In this document: one piece after another, positions 19,659-30,957 of the stretch
Layout: each line of letters begins with the position of its first letter
Position numbering within the stretch: the first letter of the stretch is position 1
Source of the DNA: Eledone cirrhosa
Taxonomy: Eukaryota
NCBI GenBank assembly: GCA_964016885.1
Contig: OZ024740.1
Location: forward strand, 411,742,001-411,806,000
Reading direction: 5' to 3'
DNA length: 64,000 bases
Made by a program: the position numbers and the translations under genes
Notes under the pieces: generated by a model
Told to the model about the DNA's origin: nothing
Databases searched by the model: none
Seen by the model: the letters and a program-made list of their open reading frames with translations, nothing else

Positions 19659-22600
19659 ATGACCTCACTCAGAATAGGCAGCATAAATGCGCGTGGCTTG
19701 GGGTCGTCATGGAAGCAGGGTCACCTGCTCAACGACCTCAGGTCACTAAACATAGATGTAGTGGCCATCAGCGAGACCAGAATCTCCGAAGCACGGGCCT
19801 TCGCACCGATCTTCGGCGGCTACGATGTGTACGCATCTCCCAGCCGTCCTGGATCGGGTGGAGGAGTTGCTGTGCTTTTTCGGAGAGGTTTGGATCTCGC
19901 CATACGGGCCATCTTCCTGGACCCAGAGGGTAAGCTGGTGGTGCTGGACGTGACCAGCGGAGACGGGCAAGCTTTCAGGCTAGTGGCCGTCTATGCCCCG
20001 ACAGGAGCAGGGCGGCCTGATTTCTTCCGGCGTCTGGAGACCTTTCTTGGAACGTCCCGCTCTTTAGTGTTAGTGGGCGACTGGAACGGGATCTTAGATG
20101 CACGCTGGGACTGTGTGGGATTAGCGGATAGGGGTGGAGGGTGCAAGAGCCTCACCAACCTGCTCAGGCGTTTTGAACTGTCTGACAGGTACCGATTGGA
20201 TTTCCCGAATGTGCCAATGTGGACTTGGACAAACCGCATAGGGTCATCCAGATCATATCTAGATAGAGTATTTTGTAGGGAAATAGATAGGTCTAGCATA
20301 GGCTGTCCACAATTCAAGATAGTCAGCTACACGGACCACAAATTCGTGACCTGTGTGCTTGACTTAGATAGGCTTCATAGACGAGGACCCGGCTACTGGA
20401 AGCTAAACGCGTCCTTACCAGCGCGCAAGGCCTACAGAGACCGGATTAGCGAACTAGTTAAGAGGGCGTTGACGGGGGCCATCGTCAACAACAAGTGGTG
20501 GTTTGCTCTGAAAAGAGCGATTAGAATAGAATCGATTAGGTTTAGTAAGGCTTTAGCAATAGAGAAAAATAGAGCAGAGGGAGAACTAGTTAGAAAATTA
20601 GACGAGGCGCTTAGCAAAGGCATTGCGACCGACGTGCTTGCGGCGAAATTGGCCCTTGACCAATTCTTCAATGCAAAGCACGAAGGCTGCGTTGTCAGAG
20701 CTAGGGTGCGTGCTCTCAGACACGAGGGGACGAAAGCCGTTCAATGGGCCCGAGTGGCGGAGGCGCGTCGTGGCAACAAAGCCACGATCCGGTCTTTGGT
20801 GGACCACGACGGGCGCATGCTACTCGATCCCGGGCAAATGTGTGAAGCTTTTCAGCGACACTTCGCTCAGCTGTTCGGGGGCAGCGGGGGGCCGGGTAGA
20901 GGGATGGACTTTAGTGTCTACCTCGACGGACTGCCGCGGCTCTCGGCCACTGAGGCGAAGTGTTGCGAAAAGCCGATAACAGCCGCTGAAGTAAGGGAGG
21001 CAATGACTGGCTGCACAAGGGGTAAATCGCCTGGTTTGGATGGTCTGCCCTATGAACTTTACGTACAGATGCCAGACTTGTTCGGAGGCCTCTTGGCGGA
21101 CGTCTACTGCAACTGGCAACAGAACGGGAGAATTCCCAGTTCTGTGAGCCGAGGAGCGGTGGCACTGCTGAGAAAGGATCCGAACAAGGGGGATAACATA
21201 GACAATTTCCGGCCCATAACTCTGCTAAACACAGAGTTTAAGATTTTGGCCAAGGTGCTAGCAAAGAGGTTGGCGCTTGTCGTTGGTGGTCTGGTGGGAG
21301 AGGCGCAGACATGCGCCATTCCCGACAGATCCATCCACGACAACCTCCACCTCATGCGATACATCGTAGAGAGGGTAGCTAGGGAACCTGGCACGGGTGG
21401 GTCCTTGATCAATTTAGATCAGTCGAAAGCTTTCGATAGGGTCGACCATCGTTACCTAGCGGCAGTCCTGAGGGCGGCTGGCTTTGGGCCCGTCTTCAGA
21501 GGCTGGATCGCTGCCATGCACAGCGACATCTGCTCTGTAGTGAGAGTGAACGGTCACCTGTCGGAACCGTTCAACATCATGCGCTCGGTCCGCCAAGGAT
21601 GTCCCCTCTCGTCCCTCTTGTACGTATTGACTCTCGAGCCATTACTGCACAAACTGGAGACGTTGAGGGGAGTCCCGCGCGAACTAGGATGCGGAAGATC
21701 CGTGTCAGCATATGCGGACGATGTCACCGTAGTGGTGTCGAACGCCAAACACATCGAGGCGATCGGCACTACACTAAGAGAATACGAAGCGGTGACAGGA
21801 GCAATGATCAACCAGGAAAAGTCAGTGGGCCTGCAGCTCGGCACCTGGAGAGGCAGGTCCATGCCGTCCAACAGCGTCGTCGGGCGCTGGACGGACGGAC
21901 CGGTTAAATTGCTAGGGGTCTGGTTCGGTCCGGACCTCCAGACGGACAAAAACTGGGACGAGGTGACGAGCAGGGTGGTTTCTCTCACCCAGAAATGGGC
22001 GGAGAGGAAGCTATCCCTGAAAGGTCGAGCGGAGGTGGCTAACGCGTACATCGCGTCTGTCATCTGCTACCGCCTAACCGTCGTACCTTGTCCTAAGCCT
22101 CGCCTGACTGCGCTGGAGCGTTTGCTCTTTCGCTTTTTGTGGAAGGGACGTGCTCCGATGGTCAGGCGGTCCATCTGTTGTCAACACCCGCTACGTGGAG
22201 GGCTGGGCATGCCGTGGCTGATGATGCGCAGGCACGCGCTCAGGCTACGACATCTCCACCTCTTCCTCGACGGTGATCAGGTGTGGTCGCCGTTTGCTAG
22301 ACGCGTTTTTCCCCAGCTCGTTTCCTTGACGGAGCTGCAGTCCTGGGTCAAGCGAAGACCGAGAGGGAGCGCCTGGAGACTGGAATGTCTTCAGGCGCTC
22401 ACAGCCCTCGACCAATCGGGCAATGTGATCGGTGGAAACTCCACCTCGGCGTTCTATAGAGGATTAGTGGAGGGGAAGAGCGACGACGTACTTGGGGAAA
22501 CTCTAGGCGTCGACGAAAATCAACTAGCCAATCTCTTCGGAAGAACTTTCGGGCCAGGGCCTATGGACAACTTCCAGAAATCTCTGGCCTGGCAGTGCTA

Positions 22601-23078
22601 CCGAGGAGCCTTGCCAGTTCGGGATAAACTCTACAGGCATGGAGGTGCCGTCAGCCGGGCATGTCCGAGATGCGCGCAGGGCGACGAAACCGTCCTGCAC
22701 GCACTCGTCCAGTGTCCGAAAATTGCTGACTTGTGGGTTTATGTCGAACACCTGCTGTCGCGTTTAGGACGGATCCAGCTATCATCTGAGTCTATCGTGA
22801 GGATTGCCCCGCCCTCCTCCTTTAGCCGGGAAGGGCAGGCAGTTTTTATCTGTCTGGTGGCCATGGCGAAAGAGATAGTATGGTGGACACGTTTGAAAGG
22901 GCTGAAGACGAGCACTTACCTCTTCGGTGATGCTCTGATTGACTTTTTCAAATTTCATTTGAAAAGGAAAATCAGAGTAGAGAAGGAAGTGCTCTCTTCC
23001 CAGCATTTTGTTGAAAGATGGGTGAGAGAAGCAAGAATGGCCCGAGTGAATGGGCCGACTCTGAGTATATATCTGTAA
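19659..23078 (+). CDS. ORF2 (APE-RT-CCHC)
   Basis: Intact 1139 aa ORF with the same motifs as 3030-6449. Confidence 0.97.
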   Translation: MTSLRIGSINARGLGSSWKQGHLLNDLRSLNIDVVAISETRISEARAFAPIFGGYDVYASPSRPGSGGGVAVLFRRGLDLAIRAIFLDPEGKLVVLDVTSGDGQAFRLVAVYAPTGAGRPDFFRRLETFLGTSRSLVLVGDWNGILDARWDCVGLADRGGGCKSLTNLLRRFELSDRYRLDFPNVPMWTWTNRIGSSRSYLDRVFCREIDRSSIGCPQFKIVSYTDHKFVTCVLDLDRLHRRGPGYWKLNASLPARKAYRDRISELVKRALTGAIVNNKWWFALKRAIRIESIRFSKALAIEKNRAEGELVRKLDEALSKGIATDVLAAKLALDQFFNAKHEGCVVRARVRALRHEGTKAVQWARVAEARRGNKATIRSLVDHDGRMLLDPGQMCEAFQRHFAQLFGGSGGPGRGMDFSVYLDGLPRLSATEAKCCEKPITAAEVREAMTGCTRGKSPGLDGLPYELYVQMPDLFGGLLADVYCNWQQNGRIPSSVSRGAVALLRKDPNKGDNIDNFRPITLLNTEFKILAKVLAKRLALVVGGLVGEAQTCAIPDRSIHDNLHLMRYIVERVAREPGTGGSLINLDQSKAFDRVDHRYLAAVLRAAGFGPVFRGWIAAMHSDICSVVRVNGHLSEPFNIMRSVRQGCPLSSLLYVLTLEPLLHKLETLRGVPRELGCGRSVSAYADDVTVVVSNAKHIEAIGTTLREYEAVTGAMINQEKSVGLQLGTWRGRSMPSNSVVGRWTDGPVKLLGVWFGPDLQTDKNWDEVTSRVVSLTQKWAERKLSLKGRAEVANAYIASVICYRLTVVPCPKPRLTALERLLFRFLWKGRAPMVRRSICCQHPLRGGLGMPWLMMRRHALRLRHLHLFLDGDQVWSPFARRVFPQLVSLTELQSWVKRRPRGSAWRLECLQALTALDQSGNVIGGNSTSAFYRGLVEGKSDDVLGETLGVDENQLANLFGRTFGPGPMDNFQKSLAWQCYRGALPVRDKLYRHGGAVSRACPRCAQGDETVLHALVQCPKIADLWVYVEHLLSRLGRIQLSSESIVRIAPPSSFSREGQAVFICLVAMAKEIVWWTRLKGLKTSTYLFGDALIDFFKFHLKRKIRVEKEVLSSQHFVERWVREARMARVNGPTLSIYL

Positions 23079-23326
23079 ACTAAAGGTGGAAAACTGGGAG
23101 AGGGCAGTTGCCTTGGTGGTCAGGGTCATTGTGGCTTTTTACTGGGCTTTCTCCACAAATGTCCCTCCGAAGTCTGCCCCCTATTGGGGAATTTTTCATT
23201 GTTATTTTTTGTTACATCCTCTGTTTTTGTTTTTTACACGCAGAAATGCCCATTTGTACCGTCCTGCATTGTCCTGCACTGTCCTTAATGTCTACTTTAT
23301 GTAAACCCTTGTGGTTAATAAAGAAA

Positions 23327-23367
<41 letters not shown>

Positions 23368-23368
23368 G

Positions 23369-24400
23369 TTCTTTGAGTCTCAGTCATTGATGTTATTTAA
23401 CGGGAAAGTATGTTGAAATGAATATCAAGCCACTACCTGCAGCCTCAGATATTCAGGACGTATCGGAGTGTTCTTGCTGTTCCCAGCAAGCATGCCTTTT
23501 GAAGTGTTCCAAAAAGCGGGGCGGAACCAATTTCCTTAACCATCCTTGGAAACTCTTTTAGATAGTACCTAGTGCGCCTATGACAATCGGGACCACTTTG
23601 ACTTCATGGCAGTTCCAAATCCTTTTTACCTCCCACTTTAAGTCCTGGTGTAGTTTAATTCTCTCCCTCTCCTTCTCTTGCACTCTCGTGTCGAATGGGC
23701 AGGCCACATCCACAATCAGGCACGCTCTTTTTTCTTTGTCCACAACCACCAGGTCAGGTCTATTGTGTTCCAGTTTCTTGTCCGCCTGTATCCTAAAATC
23801 CCACAGCACCTACACCTGATCGTTTTCCATCACCGACTCTCGATTATGCTCATACCACTTCTCAGAATATGGTAAATTGTTTACTTTGCATAAGTGGTAG
23901 TGGATCACCCTGCCCATCACATCATGTCTCCAGCCTTTATAGTGAGTCTGGGCTAGGTGTTTACACTCGGATACAACGTGAGCCACAGTCTCCTCTCTCT
24001 CTCAGAGATCCTACACAGTGGGCTCGCCTCCTCCTTGTAAATATGGTGTTTCAGCCACTTCGTTTTGAGGGCCTGCTCTTGCGCTGCATTTAGCATTACT
24101 TCTGTAGCCATTTTAAGGTCGCTTCTTTTGAACCAGTTCCATGTCTGTGGATCTCTAAATTCAGTTTTCTCAAAGAAGGCACTATGAAGGGATTTTTCAT
24201 GAAGGTTGCTCTTTCTCCTTGTTGCTATTTCCTCCTTGGACATCCCCTTGTCTATTGTCCTCTCCTTCAGTACAATTCTGAGCATTGGCTCCCTACTATC
24301 AGTCACGTATTTGTGTAGGTTGTTTTTCTCCATCTGAACACAGTCCTCTATGCTGGTAAGACCTCTTCCACCTTCAGATCTCCTTAAGTAGAGTCTATCG
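23369..24400 (-). mobile_element. 5'-truncated, degenerate Dong/R4 copy
   Basis: Homologous to 12900-13930, with stops and frameshifts. The 3' end lies in (TAA)n. Confidence 0.9.
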
Positions 24401-24509
24401 AAAACACACATTGTGTTATGGGAGATGGTGTTTACATGCAAACTAACCTAATAGTAATAATATTTTAATGTTACTATAATATTATTACTATTCAGTCACG
24501 AATACACAC

Positions 24510-24560
<51 letters not shown>

Positions 24561-24691
24561 CGCATGTGTTTTTTCGTGTGTGTATTCGTGACTGAATAGT
24601 AATAATATTATAGTAACATTAGAAATAATTATTACTATTCGGTTAGTTTGCAAGTAAACACCATCTCTCTCATAACACAATGTGTGTTTTC
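24400..24691. repeat. Inverted repeat (about 110 bp arms) around a TA/TG microsatellite
   Basis: gaaaacacacattgtgttatg...cacgaatacacac at 24400-24510 is the reverse complement of 24577-24691. Confidence 0.85.
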
Positions 24692-24864
24692 TAGATGACT
24701 AGCGTCATATTTTTGCACCAGCGTCAGCAGTGATGAAATAGTCGACAACTGTCTCGGAGTTATTGTCCCTTAACAAGACTATATATTCTCTCGTCACTGC
24801 TTTCCGCTGGAACTGCTGAGAATACATAGCATTCCCAAAGGTACATATACATATATATATATAC

Positions 24865-24946
<82 letters not shown>

Positions 24947-24974
24947 ATATATGTAAATATACACATATATACAT

Positions 24975-25216
24975 GTCTGTCGGGCGCCAATTAGCGCCGT
25001 TGGTCACAGCACGTCGTGCTGTTTTATCCATAAGATAACGCCATCCGACTGGCTGGGCGGGCAGGCCAGTACTCATTTCTACAGCTGAGTAAACTGGAGC
25101 AACGTGAAATAAAGTGTATTGCTCAAGGAAACAACACACCACCCGATCCGTGAATTTAACTCATCACCTTTCGATTGCAAGCCCAATGCTCTAACCACTA
25201 TGCCATGCGCCTTCAC
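24975..25216 (-). mobile_element. tRNA-derived SINE, family 1
   Basis: The minus strand reads gcatggcatagtggttagagc (A box)...gagttaaattc (B-box-like)...ccttgagcaatacactttatttcac. Related copies at 53165-53408 and 53905-54150. Confidence 0.75.
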
Positions 25217-25237
25217 ATATATGTATATACGTATACA

Positions 25238-25328
<91 letters not shown>

Positions 25329-25368
25329 GATATTAAATAAATGGAAACTATATTTATAAAACCATATT

Positions 25369-25434
25369 TATTTCATTATATATATTTCAGGGATATCATA
25401 TTAAAAATATGTTATGCCTTCTTCAGACAAAATA
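25369..25434 (-). ncRNA. Minimal type I hammerhead ribozyme motif
   Basis: Reverse-complement copy of 25592-25657. Confidence 0.7.
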
Positions 25435-25591
25435 CAATATAAAACGTCTTATAAATAGATAGATTCGACATACCTTTCAACTTCGACTTCTATTTGAAAA
25501 GTTGATTTGGCACTACCAAATCAACTTTTCAAATAGAAGTCGAAGTTGAAAGGTATGTCGAATCTATCTATTTATAAGACTGTTTATATTG

Positions 25592-25657
25592 TATTTTGTC
25601 TGAAGAAGGCATAACATATTTTTAATATGATATCCCTGAAATATATATAATGAAATA
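25592..25657 (+). ncRNA. Minimal type I hammerhead ribozyme motif
   Basis: tattttgt CTGAAGA [aggcataacatat-tttta-atatgatatccct] GAAA tatata TA atgaaata. Confidence 0.72.
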
Positions 25658-25787
25658 AATATGGTTTTATAAATATAGTTTACATTTATTTAATATCGTA
25701 AATATACTCCAAATACTTGTTGAGTGCTTTTATATCAGTTATAAATGTTTACTCGTTGTTAACCCAACAATTTAAATAAAACTTTGC

Positions 25788-25852
<65 letters not shown>

Positions 25853-25984
25853 AAAGTTTTATTTAAAATTGTTGGGTTACAACCAACAAGTAAATATTTT
25901 ATAACCGATATAAAGCTCTCGACAAGTTTTTGGAGTAGATATACGATATTAATCAAATGGAAACTATATTTATAAAACTATATT

Positions 25985-26050
25985 TATTTCATTATACATA
26001 TTTCAGGGATACCATATTAAAAATATGGCATGCCTTCGTCAGATAAAATA
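25985..26050 (-). ncRNA. Minimal type I hammerhead ribozyme
   Basis: Minus strand: tattttat CTGACGA aggcatgccatat-tttta-atatggtatccct GAAA tatgta TA atgaaata, with an 8-bp stem I. Confidence 0.8.
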
Positions 26051-26819
26051 CAATATATAAACAGTTTTATAAATAATTTTGACGTACCATAAATATAAGC
26101 GACCATTAAATTAGGAGGCTGGCTTGGTAGTGAAGTGTTTATAATTATTTAGTTATAGTGTTAAGCACAGTTAAAAAAAGACGGAGAAAAAGAAGAAATG
26201 AAGGTAAAAAAAAATAGAGGGCGAGATGGGAGAGAGAAAGAAGGAGGAGGTGAAAAAAGAGAGGCAACCGAAAGCAACATATAAATAATAATAGTTCACC
26301 ATACAAATAGAGAGATTCAAGAGAGAGGGAGTACTATAGAGAGAGAGAGTACAGTAATTATTTAGTTATAGTGTTAAGCACAGTTAGAGAAAAGACGGAG
26401 AGAAAGAAAAAATGGAGATAAAGAGAAAACGGAGAGAGAGAGGGGGGAGGAAAAGAAAGAGAGAGAGAAAATATAATTAGATAGAGGGAGGTGAAAAACC
26501 AAGAGAGAAATAAGAGAGAAATATGAGAGGCAAAACCAAAGCGACAGATACATAAAACTTCATCATATATAAGGAGAGAGGAGACAGAGCTATATGTAGA
26601 GAGAGGATACAGTTACATCTTTACGTCATGTCATATCAATTTGAATTATCAATTCATATGAAATGGATAATAGAATGTAAGTATCAATATTCATGAATGA
26701 GACATAGATATATAATATGAGAAAATAACTTTGCTCAATAATGACCATATGTTTAGTTTAAAACACTGAGGTCAATGTACTAAAATCTGAGATAAACCTT
26801 CAAAAAACCCAAGATCAAT

Positions 26820-28495
26820 ATGAAAGATCACAAAAGAAATTTTGAAAACGATTTGCCAGTCAGATTGATTGCACCATCAAAATCTGACCTAGGAAAACAT
26901 AGCAAAAACATTCTAGACAGGGTAATACAGCAAATTAAAAACTTACATAATTTACCTTACTTAAAGTTATGGAAGGGGACTGGTGAGGTTATTGAGTGGT
27001 TTAAAGAAATTAAATATAACTATAATAATAAGTTTATTCAACTTGATATTGCTAACTACTATTCATCTATCACTCCTAATCTACTGAATAAGGCACTAAA
27101 TTACGCATTTAAACATACAGACCTAACTAGCAATGAAATGCACATTATATTATCGGCAAGGAAAACATTGATAGAATTTAATAACCAACTATGGACTAGG
27201 GCAGATAGAGATAATAATTTCGACATAACTATGGGATCATCTGACTCAGCTCAGGTAACGGACCTTGTGGGCCTATTTATAATTAATTCGCTGCATAGAA
27301 AAATACCAGGTGTAACCGGAGGATTATATCGTGATGACATGCTTTTACTTATTGAAAATAATAACTGTGAACTAAATAGAAAAAGAAAACAAATTATACA
27401 AATTTTTAATTACCTTAATCTAAAAATAGAAATAGAGAATAACCATAGAATAGTCAATTTCCTAGATGTAACACTAAATCTCAACACATGTCTTCACTAT
27501 CCATTTCACAAACTAAATGAGAACCTGAATTATGTCAATTTTAACTCTAATCACCCCAGATCTGTTAAAAATACTATAGTGAACTCTATTCAAGAACGAA
27601 TTTCAAGAATTTCATCTAATAAAAATATTTTTGACGAAAAAGCGCAGTATTACAATGAAGCGTTAGCTAGAGCAGGATATAGTGATAAAATTAAGTACAT
27701 CGATAATAATAAGCAAACTAACCAAAATAATAACAATTTTAATTACGGTAACAACATTAACAACTATAATAGAAAACATTACAATAATTCCAAAAGCCGA
27801 AAAAGAAATAGAACTAGAAATATAATATGGTCCCCCCCCCCTTTTCACTAAATATTAAAACCCATATTGCTAAACTATTCTTTAATGCTCTTAACAAACG
27901 CTTCCCTAGAACACATAAATATCACTCAATTTTTAATAGACATACTATAAAATTAACTTACTCGTCCACCAAAAATTTAGCACAAAATATTAACAGAATT
28001 AATAATAGGAATTTAAAACCTAACCAAAATACCAATAATAACCCAAACAATATTCAATTAAATAACTGTAACTGTAGGAATAAATCTAACTGTCGGTTAA
28101 ATAACAATTGCTTAGTTAAAAATATAGTATACAATTGTAATGTTAAAACTAACTTAAATTCTTTCAACTATGTTGGTTCCACCTCGACAGAATTTAAACT
28201 TCGCTCCAATAATCATAAGAATTCTTTCACAGATCCAAACAAAAACTCTTCAACTTCGCTATCAAGCCTACACTGGCAACTTAAACGAGATAATGTTGAG
28301 TATTCGATGCTTTGGAATATTGTCTCAAGATGGATTCCTTTTAATTCCTCATCTGAGACATGTGATCTCTGTGTGGAGGAGATATTCTTTATATTAAAAT
28401 CTAAACATTCCCTTAATTTAAGGAGCAATTTATTCAGTTGCTGCAGACATAGATTGAACTCAACGTTTAAATATAAATATAAATTTAAAATGTAG
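26820..28495 (+). pseudogene. PLE RT + GIY-YIG ORF (5'-truncated, one frameshift)
   Basis: FDITMGS, GLYRDD, NFLDV; CNCRNKSNC..NNCL linker; IVY..YVGST; CDLC..CRH. Frameshift in the poly-C run at about 27832-27841. Confidence 0.9.
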
Positions 28496-30134
28496 TATAA
28501 TTAATTAAGAAATTTAATTAATGTATGAAACCTGACGATAAATCTTTCGATACCTTCACCTTTTTATTTTTAAACCTTCTTCATAAATATAAACAAAGAT
28601 GTAATTAAACTACTCTAAAATGTATATGCTCCCAATGTATTAAATAAATTTTACGCAAGATAAATTTCTATACTAAATATAAGGGCATCCGTAGAACCAC
28701 TGGGTCTTCTAAATCCTTTAAATAATTTTTGTTAAATAATTTTTGTTTTTTTTATTTGCTTTTTGACTCTGATTGCTTCTAAAAGACTTTGCAATATATT
28801 GTCTGAAAAATTGGAAGGATAGATTTCTGTGGTAAATATATGAAGCATACTGTTTTGTGGCTTGAGATACTCTATAGTGTGTTGAAAATATTTTAGTGTT
28901 TTGATGTTTCTGTGCTGATATATTGATATTTGATTATCTCTATACAAAGGCCATATGTATTAACATGCATATAGAAGTCTTATAGAGTTTATTTTATCTG
29001 TTCATGTGCCTGTATGTGTGCATAGAGATGCTGGAATACTCACGCAGATATCTTGTATATACATATATATATATATATATATATAGGTATAGTTCTGTAT
29101 ATGTTACAGATATGCATAATATTAAATACATGAACGGTAATCATATGTGTGAGGGCATGAATATTAATCGTTTATTTCTTTATGTATATATATAGTGAAA
29201 TTTTTTATAACATAAGGAATTTTTTTTATAACACAAGAAATTATAGAGTTGATAACGTAAAGTCATGTGTATGTCTATATTATCGACTAGAGCTAGACAT
29301 AACTTTCTCTTTTTCTTTTTTCAGAAAGTACATATACGTATATATATATATACATATATATTTCCGTATTTTTATAAGTAGGGTAATTTTTTGAAGGTTT
29401 ATCTCAGATTTTAGTACATTGACCTCAGAGTTTTAAACTAAACATATGGTCATTATTGAGCAAAGTTATTTTCTCATATTATATATCTATGTCTCATTCA
29501 TGAATATTGATACTTACATTCTATTATCCATTTCATATGAATTGATAATTCAAATTGATATGACATGACGTAAAGATGTAACTGTATCCTATCTCTCTAC
29601 ATATAGCTCTTTCTCCTCTCTCTTTATATATGGTGAAGTTTTATGTATCTGTCGCTTTGGTTTTGCCTCTCATATTTCTCTCTTATTTTCACCTCACCCT
29701 ATCTAATTATATTTTCTCTCTCTCTTTCTTTTCCTCCCCCCTCTCTCTCTCCGTTTTCTCTTTATCACTATTTTTTCTTTCTCTCCGTCTTTTCTCTAAC
29801 TGTGCTTAACACTATAACTAAATAATTACTGTACTCTCTCTCTATATAGTACTCCCTCTCTCTTGAATCTCTCAATTTGTATGGTGAACTATTATTATTT
29901 ATCTGTTGCTTTCGGTTGCCTCTCTTTTTTCACCTCCTCCTTCTTTCTCTGTCCCATCTCTCTCTCTGTTTTTCTTTACCTCCATTTATTCTTTTTCTCC
30001 GACTTTTTTCTAACTGTGCTTAACACTATAACTAAATAATTATAAACACTTCACTACCAAGCCAGCCTCCTAATTTAATGGTCGATTATATTTATGTTAC
30101 GTCAAAATTATTTATAAAACTGTTTATATATTGT

Positions 30135-30200
30135 ATTTTTATCTGACGAAGGCATGCCATATTTTTAATATGGTATCCCTGAAATATGTATAATGAAATA
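30135..30200 (+). ncRNA. Minimal type I hammerhead ribozyme in the PLE 3' repeat
   Basis: CTGACGA at 30143-30149, a long stem II, GAAA at 30181-30184, predicted AUA cleavage after 30192. Confidence 0.8.
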
Positions 30201-30239
30201 AATATGGTTTTATAAATATAGTTTCCATTTGTTTAATAT

Positions 30240-30326
<87 letters not shown>

Positions 30327-30335
<9 letters not shown>

Positions 30336-30728
30336 TAAACGGAATAGAAAATGCTGACAAATTGTTCACAGTTGAAAAATGGTTTAATTAGGAATAAAAG
30401 AGTATTAGTGATTGTATGGGTTAGTATTCAGTTGTGATTTTAAGTTTTTAAGTTTTTACCGGTTGCGAATTTCTAAATGCTTTTCAAAAATAATTTTGAG
30501 ATAGAGTGTCCGTGCTGTTTGCTCTGATCAGAGCAAACAGCACGGACACTCTATCTCAAAATTATTTTTGAAAAGCATTTAGAAATTCGCAACCGGTAAA
30601 AACTTAAAAACTTAAAATCACAACTGAATACTAACCCATACAATCACTAATACTCTTTTATTCCTAATTAAACCATTTTTCAACTGTGAACAATTTGTCA
30701 GCATTTTCTATTCCGTTTACCAATATAT
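30327..30728. repeat. Perfect spacer-less palindrome with about 200 bp arms
   Basis: Centre ctga|tcag at 30527/30528. The arms read as exact reverse complements, between (TA)n tracts. Confidence 0.92.
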
Positions 30729-30758
30729 AATAACTTGTGTGTTACACCTCTATTCTTT

Positions 30759-30957
<199 letters not shown>

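Larger units (their letters stand above)
17312..23329 (+). mobile_element. Full-length Tx1-like retrotransposon, ORF1 type A (copy A2)
   Basis: Nearly identical to 691-6712, with (TTA)n on both sides. Confidence 0.95.
25327..25788. mobile_element. Fold-back fragment of a Penelope-like 3' end (palindrome 25327-25699 plus tail)
   Basis: Arms are symmetric about ~25513 and homologous to 30050-30243. Flanked by (TA)n. Confidence 0.85.
25850..30243 (+). mobile_element. Naiad-type Penelope-like element, 5'-truncated, with an inverted copy of its 3' end
   Basis: About 25940-26808 is the reverse complement of about 29388-30243. RT + GIY-YIG ORF between the arms, (TA)n on both sides, and a hammerhead in each arm. 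Confidence 0.9.

Noticed and set aside
1-23368. Telomeric retrotransposon array (HeT-A/TART or SART/TRAS-like)
   Set aside because: Spacers are TTA rather than TTAGGG-type repeats, and chromosomal position cannot be seen.
26820-28495. Selenoprotein-type Naiad (in-frame UGA at Cys positions)
   Set aside because: Neither this ORF nor 62188-63795 has an in-frame TGA in the visible part. The Cys motifs use ordinary codons.
30352-30385. Hammerhead in the perfect palindrome (ctgacaa..gaaa)
   Set aside because: The core is non-canonical and there is no stem I/III pairing.
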